Position numbers and translations under genes: made by a program | The notes under the pieces: generated by a model | What the model was told of the DNA's origin: nothing | Seen by the model: the letters and a program-made list of their open reading frames with translations, nothing else | The model's database searches: none | DNA from: an uncultured Candidatus Rokubacteria bacterium | GTDB lineage: Bacteria > Methylomirabilota > Methylomirabilia > Rokubacteriales > CSP1-6 | Length of the DNA: 64,000 nt | Direction: 5' to 3' | Assembly (NCBI GenBank): GCA_963754315.1 | Contig: CAVWFS010000019.1 | Location: 352,001 to 416,000 of the forward strand | Shown here: piece after piece, positions 1 through 9,261 of the stretch | Layout: each line of letters starts with the position of its first letter | How positions within the stretch are numbered: position 1 is the first letter of the stretch

Positions 1-531
1 GTAGTCCGCGCTGAGCAGGATTCGCGTCGATGCTGGATCCTGGATCTCGATGAAGTACGGCTCGTCCTCGACGTCGAAGGCCGGGCCGAGCCCTCGGGTC
101 AAGCGGTCATCGCCCCTCACCTCGACCCGAATCTTGCAGATTGGGGGATGGATCAAGAAATAGCTGCCCAGGATGGCGTGGTGCCGGGTCTTGACGGTGC
201 GGCGTTGTCGCACACCGTCCACTCGCTCCGCGCGGCCCCCACTCGTCCCGTGCAGGCCGAGCCAGCGGCCGCCGGCTTGCAGCCAGCGCTCGATGGCGTC
301 GCACTGGGTCGGGTCGGGGTACGGGCCAGCCACGTATGTGATCAGCAACCGGCTGACGGGCAGCCACCTCTCGACGTCCGCGAAGTCGTTGGCGACCGAG
401 GCAGGGACGTCTTGCTCTGCCAGGAGCTCCAGGAGCCGCAGGCGGGCATAGTCATGGTCGTGCCCGGCAGGAGCGCCGGGTGGGAACCCGCCAGCGATGA
501 GATGCGCGCGACCAGACGTTCGCTCTGTCAT
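1..531 (-). CDS. ThuA-like (class I glutamine amidotransferase-like) domain protein, runs off the window start
   Basis: Manual translation from ATG at 531: MTERTSGRAHLIAGGFPPG...GGRWLGLHGT...FLIHPP...FDVEDEPY. Open to base 1; not in the ORF track. Confidence 0.7.
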   Translation of the reverse strand, partial: MTERTSGRAHLIAGGFPPGAPAGHDHDYARLRLLELLAEQDVPASVANDFADVERWLPVSRLLITYVAGPYPDPTQCDAIERWLQAGGRWLGLHGTSGGRAERVDGVRQRRTVKTRHHAILGSYFLIHPPICKIRVEVRGDDRLTRGLGPAFDVEDEPYFIEIQDPASTRILLSADY

Positions 532-535
532 GAGA

Positions 536-1873
536 TCACCTCACGTGGCTCGCCCTCGGCATCGAGCTCAGCCCTGAGTCACTAGGTTCGCAGCTCAGAC
601 CCTCGGCGCGAAGGCTGCACTTCAGGATGGGCTCCCCTTCGACGTCGCGCAAGGTTGCCGTCCAACGTCGTCGACCCTGCCGTTGCATGGTCACGAAGCC
701 GAACTCGGCCAGGTTCACGCCGCTCGTGACCTCGAGGCCGGCCATCTCGAGTCCCGGCAACGAGGTCGTGACGGGCGGGTCCAGCTCGGTACCACTGTTG
801 CCGACGACGAGCTGCGGAGGCCGTCCTCGGCCAAAGCTCAAGGTCTCGAAGAGGTGGATATGTCCACCGATGAATAACCGAATGCCCGCCGGGAAATCGT
901 TGGCGGACGCCTCTTGCAAGACCTGTTGATCGATGAAGAGCTGCTCGACTCCGTTCTGCTCGCCCGCGTGCCCGAAGGCATACATTGGCTTGTGGGTAAT
1001 CAGCCAGCTGTCTCCGGTCGCCAGCTGACGCACGGCCTCGAACTGGGCTCGAAAGGCCGCCACCTGCTCCGGCGGCTCCTCGAAGTCGTTGGTGATCGCC
1101 GAGTCGAGGATGAGCAAATCCACGTCGCCGAGCGGAATCTTGTAGGGCGCCGTGTAGTCCTCGCACGTTGCAGGCATGGAAAGCGGATAGAGGAAGCGGA
1201 ACCAGGCCTCGCCCCCTCGCGCGCACGTTTCATGGTTGCCACGCACGAAGACCCACGGCGCGGCCTGCAACAGGGCCCGGGCCGGCGTGAAGAGGTCGGC
1301 CTGGAGCGCCGCCCAGTTGTGACCATGGGGGCTCCCGGCGCATCCATCGTTGCCAGGGGGACACGGATCCTCGCGATAGATGTAGTCGCCAACATGGATG
1401 ACCAGATCGGGGTGCCAGCGCGCCGCTCGCTCGGCGATCTCGGCAAAGGGCCACTGCGTCGGGTCGTTGCACGCCTGGGCCTCGGTTCCTTCAATCCGGC
1501 AGCCAGCATCGCCGATGATGACAATGCGCGTGGGACGCTGTTTGAACAAAGGCAGCCGTTGCCTTCCAATGGACGCATGGTGCGTCCAAGCAGGCACCTC
1601 CGCCTCGCACACGAGGACAGGGAAGTCGGGCGGCGACGGTTGCGCACGCTCCCGCATTGGCTGGGTATGGCCGTCCAGCCGTACCGCGGGGCAGGTCGCC
1701 TCGTTCGTGACCGCGCGCGCGAGCAAGCCCGATGGCCCCAGCTCGGTCCAGACGATCGGTGCCGAGGCGCCGATGGGCGAGTCGGAGGCGTAGGCCAGAC
1801 CAAGCAGCCAAGCTAGGACGAGCAGGCTGACCAGAGCTCCCCGCGCGCGGCAACCGGCTCTTTTGCTTTCCAT
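536..1873 (-). CDS. Secreted calcineurin-like metallophosphoesterase
   Basis: Signal peptide plus motifs GD, HVGDY, RGNHE, THKP and GHIH. Confidence 0.85.
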   Translation of the reverse strand: MESKRAGCRARGALVSLLVLAWLLGLAYASDSPIGASAPIVWTELGPSGLLARAVTNEATCPAVRLDGHTQPMRERAQPSPPDFPVLVCEAEVPAWTHHASIGRQRLPLFKQRPTRIVIIGDAGCRIEGTEAQACNDPTQWPFAEIAERAARWHPDLVIHVGDYIYREDPCPPGNDGCAGSPHGHNWAALQADLFTPARALLQAAPWVFVRGNHETCARGGEAWFRFLYPLSMPATCEDYTAPYKIPLGDVDLLILDSAITNDFEEPPEQVAAFRAQFEAVRQLATGDSWLITHKPMYAFGHAGEQNGVEQLFIDQQVLQEASANDFPAGIRLFIGGHIHLFETLSFGRGRPPQLVVGNSGTELDPPVTTSLPGLEMAGLEVTSGVNLAEFGFVTMQRQGRRRWTATLRDVEGEPILKCSLRAEGLSCEPSDSGLSSMPRASHVR

Positions 1874-1982
1874 GCTCACACCTCGCGTGCACCATTCTCG
1901 TCGAGAGCAGGCACAAGGTCGAGAGTCGTGGACGCGTCTGCCCTGTGGATGAAAATAGTCCTCTTAGCGGACAAATAGATCC

Positions 1983-2150
1983 ATGCTTCGACATCACCTC
2001 ACCGAGGTACTAGACGCCGTTCTCCGGGACACACGGTCGTGCTCCCGGCGGGAAAGCCGCCCAGCGGATCGGATGGGGTTCATGGCGCCGTTCAACGACC
2101 GGGACGGTCATCGATGAGGTTCAGCGGGTGCCGGAGCTGTTGCGTCCCCC
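1983..2150 (+). pseudogene. Remnant of an AAA+ ATPase (AAA_14/DUF4143 type)
   Basis: MLRHHLTEVLDAVLRDT, then a frameshift to PVVL, and a downstream Walker-B-like TVIDEVQRVPELL; the rest is missing. Confidence 0.5.
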
Positions 2151-2249
2151 GGCGGTGACGCCCGGGACCAGCCCTACTCGCCCTCGCCTCCGTCGGCGGT
2201 CGGCTTCAGCCATCGTATCCCCGTCTTCCACGGCGAGAAGGAGCAGCGT

Positions 2250-3347
2250 TCAAGGTACGACGGCGAGGAACAAAAACGCGAAGAAGAGGAGGAGCTGTAC
2301 GGCCCCCTGCATTAAGTTGGTCCGGCCCGAGCCGACACCGATCGTGCAGACCAGAAGGGTCACCGCGAGCAGCGCGATGTCTTTCATGTCCAGACCGAGC
2401 ACCAGCGGCAGGTCGAAGGTCAAGCACACCAACACCACGACCGGGATCGTGAGCCCGATACTCGCGAGGGCGGAGCCGAGGGCCAGGTTGACGCTCGTCT
2501 GCAGTCGATCGGCGACGGCAGCCCGGATGGCCGCCAGCGACTCCGGCAGGAGCACGAGCAGGGCGATCGCGATGCCGACCACGGCCACCGGAACACCGGT
2601 GGTCCGAACGGCGTACTCGATCACCGGTGACAGGATTTTTGCGAGGCCGACCACACCGACCAGTGAGATCAGCAGCAGCGCGAAGCTCGCGCCCGCGCGT
2701 GCGTTGGTCGGCGGCGGCGCGTGGGCCGTCTCATCGGCGGCGTCCACGACTGGGAGAAAGTAATCGCGGTGACGAACCGCCTGGAAGAACACGAACACGC
2801 ACCATAGGGCCGCCGACCCGGCCGCCACGAAGACGAGTTGTGAGGACGAATAGCGCGGGCCCGGCACGCTGACCGTGAACGCCGGCATGACCAGCACGAG
2901 CGTCGCGAGAGTGGCAAGCGCCGCCAACCCCGGACCGGCGCCTTCGACCCGGAACGATTGCTCACGATGGTGAAGCGCTCCGACCAGCACACTGATTCCG
3001 AGGATTCCGTTGGCGACGATCATGATCGTCGCGTACATCGTGTCACGCGGGAGCACCGCCTTCTCGTGGCCGCCGGCCAACATCAACGCGACGATGAGCG
3101 CCGTTTCGATCGCCGTCACGGCCAGCGCGAGAACGAGCGTCCCGAACGGCTCGCCCACCCGGTGCGCCACCACCTCGGCGTGATGCACGGCGGCGAGCAC
3201 CACGCCGATCAGGGCGGCTGCGCAGACGGTACCGATCGGGGTCCTCAGCGGTAACAGCAGGGCCACTAGCAATATGGCCGCGCCGGCCAGCGGAACGATG
3301 AGGGGCCACCGGGAAGTGAAGGACTTCGTCCCGGAGGACACTTTCAC
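2250..3347 (-). CDS. chaA: Ca2+/H+ antiporter (CaCA family, ChaA-like)
   Basis: Hydrophobic protein with HAEVVAHRVGEPFGTLVLALAVT, LLPE and NLALGSALASIGLTIP; GGAG SD-like sequence before GTG starts near 3341-3347. Confidence 0.85.
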   Translation of the reverse strand: MKVSSGTKSFTSRWPLIVPLAGAAILLVALLLPLRTPIGTVCAAALIGVVLAAVHHAEVVAHRVGEPFGTLVLALAVTAIETALIVALMLAGGHEKAVLPRDTMYATIMIVANGILGISVLVGALHHREQSFRVEGAGPGLAALATLATLVLVMPAFTVSVPGPRYSSSQLVFVAAGSAALWCVFVFFQAVRHRDYFLPVVDAADETAHAPPPTNARAGASFALLLISLVGVVGLAKILSPVIEYAVRTTGVPVAVVGIAIALLVLLPESLAAIRAAVADRLQTSVNLALGSALASIGLTIPVVVLVCLTFDLPLVLGLDMKDIALLAVTLLVCTIGVGSGRTNLMQGAVQLLLFFAFLFLAVVP

Positions 3348-4286
3348 TCCTCCGCGTCGCGCTCCTCGTCCGCCGTCTCCTCCCCCTCGTCGGCGGCAGC
3401 GTCGAGGTTCTTCGGCCTCGAGGATGGCGCGGGCGGCGCCAAGCTGCTTGCGCTGCTCGGCGTCGATACGGGGAAAGTGCAGATCCAAGGACTCGAGGGT
3501 GTCCACGATCGCGGCGCCGACGGCCAGCCGCGTGAACCACTTCTTGTTGGCGGGCAGCACGTACCACGGCGCGTGTGGGGTGGCCGTCTGCCGGATCATG
3601 TCCTCCAGGGCGGCGATGTACTCGTCCCAGTGCCCGCGCTCCTCGGCGTCGGAGGCGGAGAATTTCCAATTCCGATTGGGATCCGCGATGCGCCGGAGAA
3701 AGCGCCTCTTCTGCTCCTTCTTGGACACATGCAGGAAGAACTTCCGGATCACCACCCCGTTCCGCGTGAGATAGCGCTCGACGGCATTAATGTCCTCGAA
3801 GCGCTCCGTCCAGATGTCCTTGGTGATGAGCGCGGGCGGCAGGTGCTGGCGAGTGAGGAGCTCGGGATGAACCCGCACCACGAGCACTTCTTCGTAGTAC
3901 GAGCGGTTGAAGATGCCGATGCGGCCGCGCTCCGGCAGGCAGCGCATCGTGCGCCAGAGGAAGTCGTGGTCGAGCTCCTCCGGCGAGGGCTTCTTGAAGC
4001 TGTAGACTTGGCAGCCCTGGGGATTCACGCCGGACATCACGTGCTTGATGGCGCCGTCCTTGCCGGCGGCGTCCATGGCCTGGAAGATCAGGAGAAGCGC
4101 CCACTGATTCTGCGCATAGAGCTTCTCCTGGAGGCCTGCGAGGTGCTCGATGCCGCTCGCGAGCAGGTCCTCGGCCCGCTTCTTGGACTTGATGTTCCCA
4201 GTGTCCTTGGGGTCGATGTCAGCCAGGTGGAAGCTCTCGCCGCTGTCCACCCGGTACGGCGCCACAAAGTCGCCGGCTTTCCCCAT
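3344..4286 (-). CDS. ppk2: Polyphosphate kinase 2 family protein; apparent in-frame fusion to the antiporter probably comes from a 1-bp indel near 3410
   Basis: QAMDAAGKDG Walker A, FNRSYYEEV and NWKFSASD motifs; the +1 frame after LEAE gives an acidic tail ending in TGA at 3344-3346. Confidence 0.9.
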
Positions 4287-4354
4287 ATGTCCTCCGAGTC
4301 GGTGGCCTGGGGTGACTCAGGCTGAAGGACTTCCAGACACTGCCCGCGACAACG

Positions 4355-4957
4355 TTAGGCGCCTATCTTTCTGCCCAGATCTGCGATGCCCTCGCCCAGA
4401 CCGCGGAAGGCGTTGCCAACGCTTTCTGCGCCCAGCTTCACGCCCCCACCGGCTTTGCTGAGGGTGTCCACCGCGGCCTGCGCGCCTTCGTTCAGCTTGG
4501 TGCCAGTCCAGGTCGCTGCACCTTGCAGCCCAGCCCCGGCACTCTTCAGGGCACCGGTGGCATCCTTGCCCGCCTTCTGCTGCTGCGCCGCGGTCGCGTG
4601 CCAGGCGGTGGCCAGCGCATGGTCGACCTGAGCGAAGGTCTTCTTCAGCTGATCAGGTGACTTCACCACACCCTTCTTGACGTCTGCGCCCAGTTTCTCC
4701 AGATCGTCCCCGGCCTTCTTCACACCCTTCGACGCGTCCTTGGCGACCTTCTTCTCTTGCGTGCGCACATAGGCGGTCGCCTTCTTGATGTGGTCCGCAG
4801 CCTTGTTCATGTCTCCCTTGAGAAACGACTCGTGGGCACTTGCCATGCTCTTGTCGGGCTCGCCGGCGAAATCGCTGGGGGCTTGCGCATACACCCTGCC
4901 GGCCATCAGTACCGTGACGATACATACGAACCAGATCGACGCGACTCTGCTGATCAT
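4355..4957 (-). CDS. Secreted Ala/Lys-rich helical hypothetical protein
   Basis: 200-aa ORF with signal peptide (VYA-Q), upstream purine-rich SD-like sequence and typical codon usage. Confidence 0.7.
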   Translation of the reverse strand: MISRVASIWFVCIVTVLMAGRVYAQAPSDFAGEPDKSMASAHESFLKGDMNKAADHIKKATAYVRTQEKKVAKDASKGVKKAGDDLEKLGADVKKGVVKSPDQLKKTFAQVDHALATAWHATAAQQQKAGKDATGALKSAGAGLQGAATWTGTKLNEGAQAAVDTLSKAGGGVKLGAESVGNAFRGLGEGIADLGRKIGA

Positions 4958-5102
4958 GTACCTTCCTCCGGGATAGTAGTTGCTAACCGCGTCTTTGTAT
5001 CATAAGGCATCTGAAGGATCAGATCTCCTGCCATGGGTGTAAGTTGAGCAATGGTAAGCACACTTCCCGCTGCGGGCGAGCACCTGAACATCCGGCGGCC
5101 CC

Positions 5103-5918
5103 TCAGGGACGCAGGCCGTAGGCGACGAAGACCGAACAGCGCTTGATTCGCTCGAAGAGCCAATCGAGCGGCGGCGGCTGGACGTAGTACGTGAGCATGA
5201 TGGAATTACGCTCGCCGTCCGCAGGCCCCGTCTGGACGACGCTGTGCCAGCTCTCGTGGTAGACGACTGGAAACGCATAGCCGGTGGCCGGACGGAACGG
5301 GAGCCTCCGCGTGCGCAGGGCCCCCGGACCGCTGCGGTCCTCGTGGAGCACGGTCCCGAGATGGGCCTGCGACTCGTCCCGCGGCAGGTAGAACTGTACC
5401 GTGATCGCCTTGCTCAGCGAATCCCCATGGACGCCGATCCGATAGCCCGGGAAATCGCGCAGCAGAATGGGGACGGGATAGAACGAGAGTCGATCGATGC
5501 TCCGGCCGAACCGGCGTTCGAGCGCGGTACGAAACTGACGCTTGAAGGCGTCCTGGAGGGCCCGCGAGCGCAACGTCCGCGAGAGGTCCAGCCATAAGGA
5601 GCGCTGCTCCGTGGGCAGCCGCCTGATGTGCTCGGGAAAGAGATAGAACTTGCGGCGCGCGCTGTGCCCGTCCGGCTGCATGGCGTCGCGATGCCGGAGC
5701 TCATGATAGCGATGGGTGGCGGGCAACAGGTCGAGCAACCGCTGGTAATACTCCGCGGGGAATACGTGCTCGATGTAGCTGTGGGTGAACGGAGCTGTCT
5801 CGAGCGTGCTGCTCTCGACACCGCCGACCAGATCGAGCGTGAGCGGCGCGCTCGATCGGGCTGACTGATCTTGGGCTCGACGCACGAGCATGGGAGCCTC
5901 CTCGCTCGATTGGGTCAC
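5103..5918 (-). CDS. 2OG-Fe(II) oxygenase superfamily protein
   Basis: HxD (VHGD), distal His (SWHSV) and RxS (RNS) motifs. Confidence 0.7.
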   Translation of the reverse strand: MTQSSEEAPMLVRRAQDQSARSSAPLTLDLVGGVESSTLETAPFTHSYIEHVFPAEYYQRLLDLLPATHRYHELRHRDAMQPDGHSARRKFYLFPEHIRRLPTEQRSLWLDLSRTLRSRALQDAFKRQFRTALERRFGRSIDRLSFYPVPILLRDFPGYRIGVHGDSLSKAITVQFYLPRDESQAHLGTVLHEDRSGPGALRTRRLPFRPATGYAFPVVYHESWHSVVQTGPADGERNSIMLTYYVQPPPLDWLFERIKRCSVFVAYGLRP

Positions 5919-6017
5919 TGGGTCTGTTGTTTCCGTGCACGTTCGAGCGGATCGACGAAGGCGTGGGCGACGGGCACCGCCGCTAGCCGGAGACAGCGCC
6001 CGCTGCCTGACGGGAGG

Positions 6018-6425
6018 CTACGGGATGGTGCAGTCGCCGAACATCGAGAAGATATGGTCGTTGTCCACGATGGCGGCGGCCATCCGCCCGGTCTCTTCGT
6101 CGATCGTCGCACTCCATCCCCGCCCGTTCTCGCTTCCCTGGAGGATCAACTCACCGTCCACCCGAGCCACGTTCTTGAGTTGACTCTTCCGTTCGCCCGC
6201 CGATACCGTCCGGGCGGCCACGTCGAAGCGGACGAATTTGGGCGAATTGACGTCAGGAATCTGACGCTCGCAGCCCCCTGAGTTGTCGCACTCCATGATG
6301 GTCGTCACAGCGCACAGGAAGGGGCGCGCGCCGTCATAGGGTCCAGCGGCGGCGGCGACGCCACCTGTCACCGCCAACGCGGTGGAGAGACTCGAAACGA
6401 GCACGGTCTTCCTCCAAGCTCTCAT
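6018..6425 (-). CDS. Secreted hypothetical protein with four Cys
   Basis: Signal peptide; FLCAV..MEC..GCE..GDC. Confidence 0.65.
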   Translation of the reverse strand: MRAWRKTVLVSSLSTALAVTGGVAAAAGPYDGARPFLCAVTTIMECDNSGGCERQIPDVNSPKFVRFDVAARTVSAGERKSQLKNVARVDGELILQGSENGRGWSATIDEETGRMAAAIVDNDHIFSMFGDCTIP

Positions 6426-6449
6426 GGTGTTTCGCTCCGTCGATATGAC

Positions 6450-6896
6450 CTACATGACCGAGTAGCCGCGCCCTGACAGGCACGTTCTGACCGCCCGATT
6501 GAAGTTGTCCATCTGCGCACCCGCCACTTGCTGCGTCTCCCGGACCTGGCTGTTACGCCGCATCGTCCCGAATAGAGCCCCGGCCCCGGCGCCGATCGCC
6601 GCACCCCTGCCCGCATTCCCTCCGATGGCGCCTCCGACGGCCCCGACGGCGGCTCCCCTGGCCGCCCCCGGGAGTGCACCCCCTGACGGCGGCGGCGCCG
6701 CGGGCGCCCCCATCATGGGATCGAAGCCCGTCTGCTGCACGGCCCACTGGTGACACTCGAAACGATCCTGCTGTTGCTGCTGCGCGCTCTGTCCCCGCTG
6801 CGGATAGATATGAATCTGCTGCGCCCAGGCGGAAACGGCGCTGAGAGTGCCCAACAAGGTTGCCGCCACGACGATGGATCTTCGCGGAGCAGGCAT
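6450..6896 (-). CDS. Secreted glycine-zipper domain protein (YMGG-like)
   Basis: Signal peptide, YPQRGQSAQQQQQDRFECHQWA, GxxxG zipper and CLSGRGY end; GAGGAGG SD upstream. Confidence 0.8.
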   Translation of the reverse strand: MPAPRRSIVVAATLLGTLSAVSAWAQQIHIYPQRGQSAQQQQQDRFECHQWAVQQTGFDPMMGAPAAPPPSGGALPGAARGAAVGAVGGAIGGNAGRGAAIGAGAGALFGTMRRNSQVRETQQVAGAQMDNFNRAVRTCLSGRGYSVM

Positions 6897-7124
6897 TGTG
6901 TTCGTCCTCCTCGGAGACGGCGCCGCGCCACTCTGTCCCGTCTTGGGGAACACCGGGCACCAGCCCATCCGTCCTTTACTCTGACTTTTCTAACCTGACC
7001 AGTCGGTGGTGTCAATTGCACAGGGTGTCGACATCGTCGAATCCCGACGGTATGGCGTGCTGCTGATGTTGTAGGATGCGTCCGCGCGTCTACTGCTGCG
7101 ACCCGATTCGAGCGGAGGGCAGCC

Positions 7125-7549
7125 ATGAGCCGGCACCGCGTTGTTGAAACATTCACAGCCGTCGCGTTGTTTGGACTGCTCCTCGGCGGCTGCGCGACCG
7201 CGACGGCCGGGGCACCGTGAAGGCACTCGCGCCCGCCGATGTGCCCGCCCTCGCGGGGCTCTGGCAGGGCTCGCTCACGGTCATGTCGGGAGTCAGCTCG
7301 CCAGCAACCCTCACCGTCAACGCCGATCAGACGTACATCATCCGCGCCGGGGCCTTCACCGCTCAGGGGAAGGCGGAGGTACAAGAAGGCCGCCTCGAAT
7401 TCATCTCCACCGCAACGAGCGGTGTGGGGTCAACCGGCAGCCGTATCGGAACGGCTGTGGTCCTCGACCGCGGTGACGCGTGGGGATTGGTCGGCTCGGG
7501 CCAGTCCCCGGCCGGCCCCTACAACTTCGAGTTCAGCCGGCGGCGATAA
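7125..7549 (+). CDS. Small lipoprotein with a 1-bp frameshift near 7216
   Basis: GGAGG SD, then MSRHRVVETFTAVALFGLLLGGC lipobox; continues in the frame of ORF 7217..7549 (LAGLWQG...ADQTY). Confidence 0.6.
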
Positions 7550-7626
7550 ATCATCCTGCTGCTGTCTTGACAGGTCTCGCTCGGTCGGTCACCCTACCGC
7601 GCAGTTGAAGTTCCCAGGAGGATCCA

Positions 7627-9162
7627 TTGACCGATCGGTTCGTACGCTTCGTCCTTGTCGTGGCAGTGCTGGGCAGTCTGGTCAAGCCAGCGGTAGCCTC
7701 GGATGCCCCCGCTGGCACCATGACCATCGGCGTGCATGTGACCCTGGTCTCGCGCTGGCTCGATCCAGCCGACACCGAAGGCCTCATCACACCGTTCATG
7801 GTCCTCTACGCCCTTCATGACGCGCTCGTGAAACCGATGCCGGCCGGGCTCAACACGCCGTGCCTGGCTGAGTCGTGGTCGGTCTCCAAGGACGGCCTCA
7901 CCTACGAGTTCGTGCTGCGCCGCAGCGCGAAGTTCCACAACGGAGATCCTGTCACCCCGGAGGACGTCAAGTTCTCGTTCGACCGCTACCGTGGCAGCGG
8001 AGCCAAGCTCCTGAAGGACAAGGTCAAGGACGTGCAGGTCGTGGCCCCCAACCGCGTCCGCTTCGTCCTCAAGGAGCAATGGCCCGACTTCATGGCGTTC
8101 TACGGCACGTCGGCCACCGGCGCCGGCTGGATCGTGCCCAAGAAGTACGTCGAGAAGGTCGGCGATGAGGGCTTCAAGAAGGCGCCCGTCGGCGCCGGGC
8201 CCTTCAAGCTCGTGTCCTTCCAGCCTGGTGTCGAGCTGGTCCTCGAAGCGTTCGACGGCTATTGGCGGAAGACGCCCCACGTGAAACGCCTCGTCATGCG
8301 GAGCATTCCCGACGAGAGTACCCGGGCGGCCGCGCTCAAGACAGGCGAGGTCGATCTTGCCTACCTCTTCGGCGGGACGTTAGCGGAGGAGCTGCGCCGT
8401 GCGCCGGGTCTGAAGATCGTGGGACCGATCGTCTACGGTGTGTACTGGCTCGACTTTCTGGATCAGTGGGACCCGAAGTCGCCTTGGCACGATCGGAGGG
8501 TGCGCCTGGCCGCCAGCGTGGCCATGGACCGGCAGACCATCAACCAGATCGAGATGCTCGGCCTCGGCCGGCCGACGGGCTCGTTCGTGCCGCCCGAGTT
8601 CGAGTTCGCTCTCAAGATCGACCCACCCGCCTACGATCCGAAGCGAGCGAAGCAGTTGCTGGTCGAGGCGGGCTATCCGAACGGCTTCGATGCGGGTGAC
8701 CTCGCTCCGCTGCCGCCGTACACGGCGCTGGGAGAGGCCGTCGCCAACTATCTTCAGACCATCGGGATCAAGTCACGCGTGCGGTCGATGGAGCGCGCCG
8801 CGTTCCTCGCGAGCTGGCGGGAGAAGAAGCTACACGGATTGCTGATCGGCGCCACCGGGGCCGCCGGCAATGCCGCCGCCCGGCTCGAGCCCTTCGTGAG
8901 CAAGAACGGCATCTACGCGTATGGGACGGCCCCGGACCTGGAAGACCTGTACGCGCGCCAGGCCAGAGAGCTGGACAAAAAGCAGCGCGAAGCCCTGCTC
9001 CATCAGCTTCAAAAAGCGGTCGCCGACCGCGTGCTGACCGCTCCGATCTTCCAGCAGGCGTTCATCTGGGGCGTGGGGCCCCGGGTGCTGGAACCGGGGG
9101 CCGGTCTGATCCAGGGCTATGCCTACACGGCGCCCGTCGAGGACCTCAAGGTGAAGCCCTGA
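7627..9162 (+). CDS. ABC transporter substrate-binding protein, family 5 (peptide/nickel)
   Basis: LAESWSVSKDGLTYEFVLR, KFHNGDPVTPEDVKFS and PVGAGPFK motifs; AGGAGG SD. Confidence 0.92.
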   Translation: MTDRFVRFVLVVAVLGSLVKPAVASDAPAGTMTIGVHVTLVSRWLDPADTEGLITPFMVLYALHDALVKPMPAGLNTPCLAESWSVSKDGLTYEFVLRRSAKFHNGDPVTPEDVKFSFDRYRGSGAKLLKDKVKDVQVVAPNRVRFVLKEQWPDFMAFYGTSATGAGWIVPKKYVEKVGDEGFKKAPVGAGPFKLVSFQPGVELVLEAFDGYWRKTPHVKRLVMRSIPDESTRAAALKTGEVDLAYLFGGTLAEELRRAPGLKIVGPIVYGVYWLDFLDQWDPKSPWHDRRVRLAASVAMDRQTINQIEMLGLGRPTGSFVPPEFEFALKIDPPAYDPKRAKQLLVEAGYPNGFDAGDLAPLPPYTALGEAVANYLQTIGIKSRVRSMERAAFLASWREKKLHGLLIGATGAAGNAAARLEPFVSKNGIYAYGTAPDLEDLYARQARELDKKQREALLHQLQKAVADRVLTAPIFQQAFIWGVGPRVLEPGAGLIQGYAYTAPVEDLKVKP

Positions 9163-9213
9163 CGAGTCGAAGACCTTCCGTGAAGCCGCCCCGGGCCGGC
9201 TGAGCACAGCGCA

Positions 9214-9258
9214 CGGGAGTCTCGCCGCGAGGGCCGCTCGGGGGCGGCGAGACTCTCG
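9214..9258. terminator. GC-rich hairpin between convergent genes (possible bidirectional terminator)
   Basis: CGGGAGTCTCGCCGC pairs with GCGGCGAGACTCTCG; no U-tract. Confidence 0.45.
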
Positions 9259-9261
9259 GAC

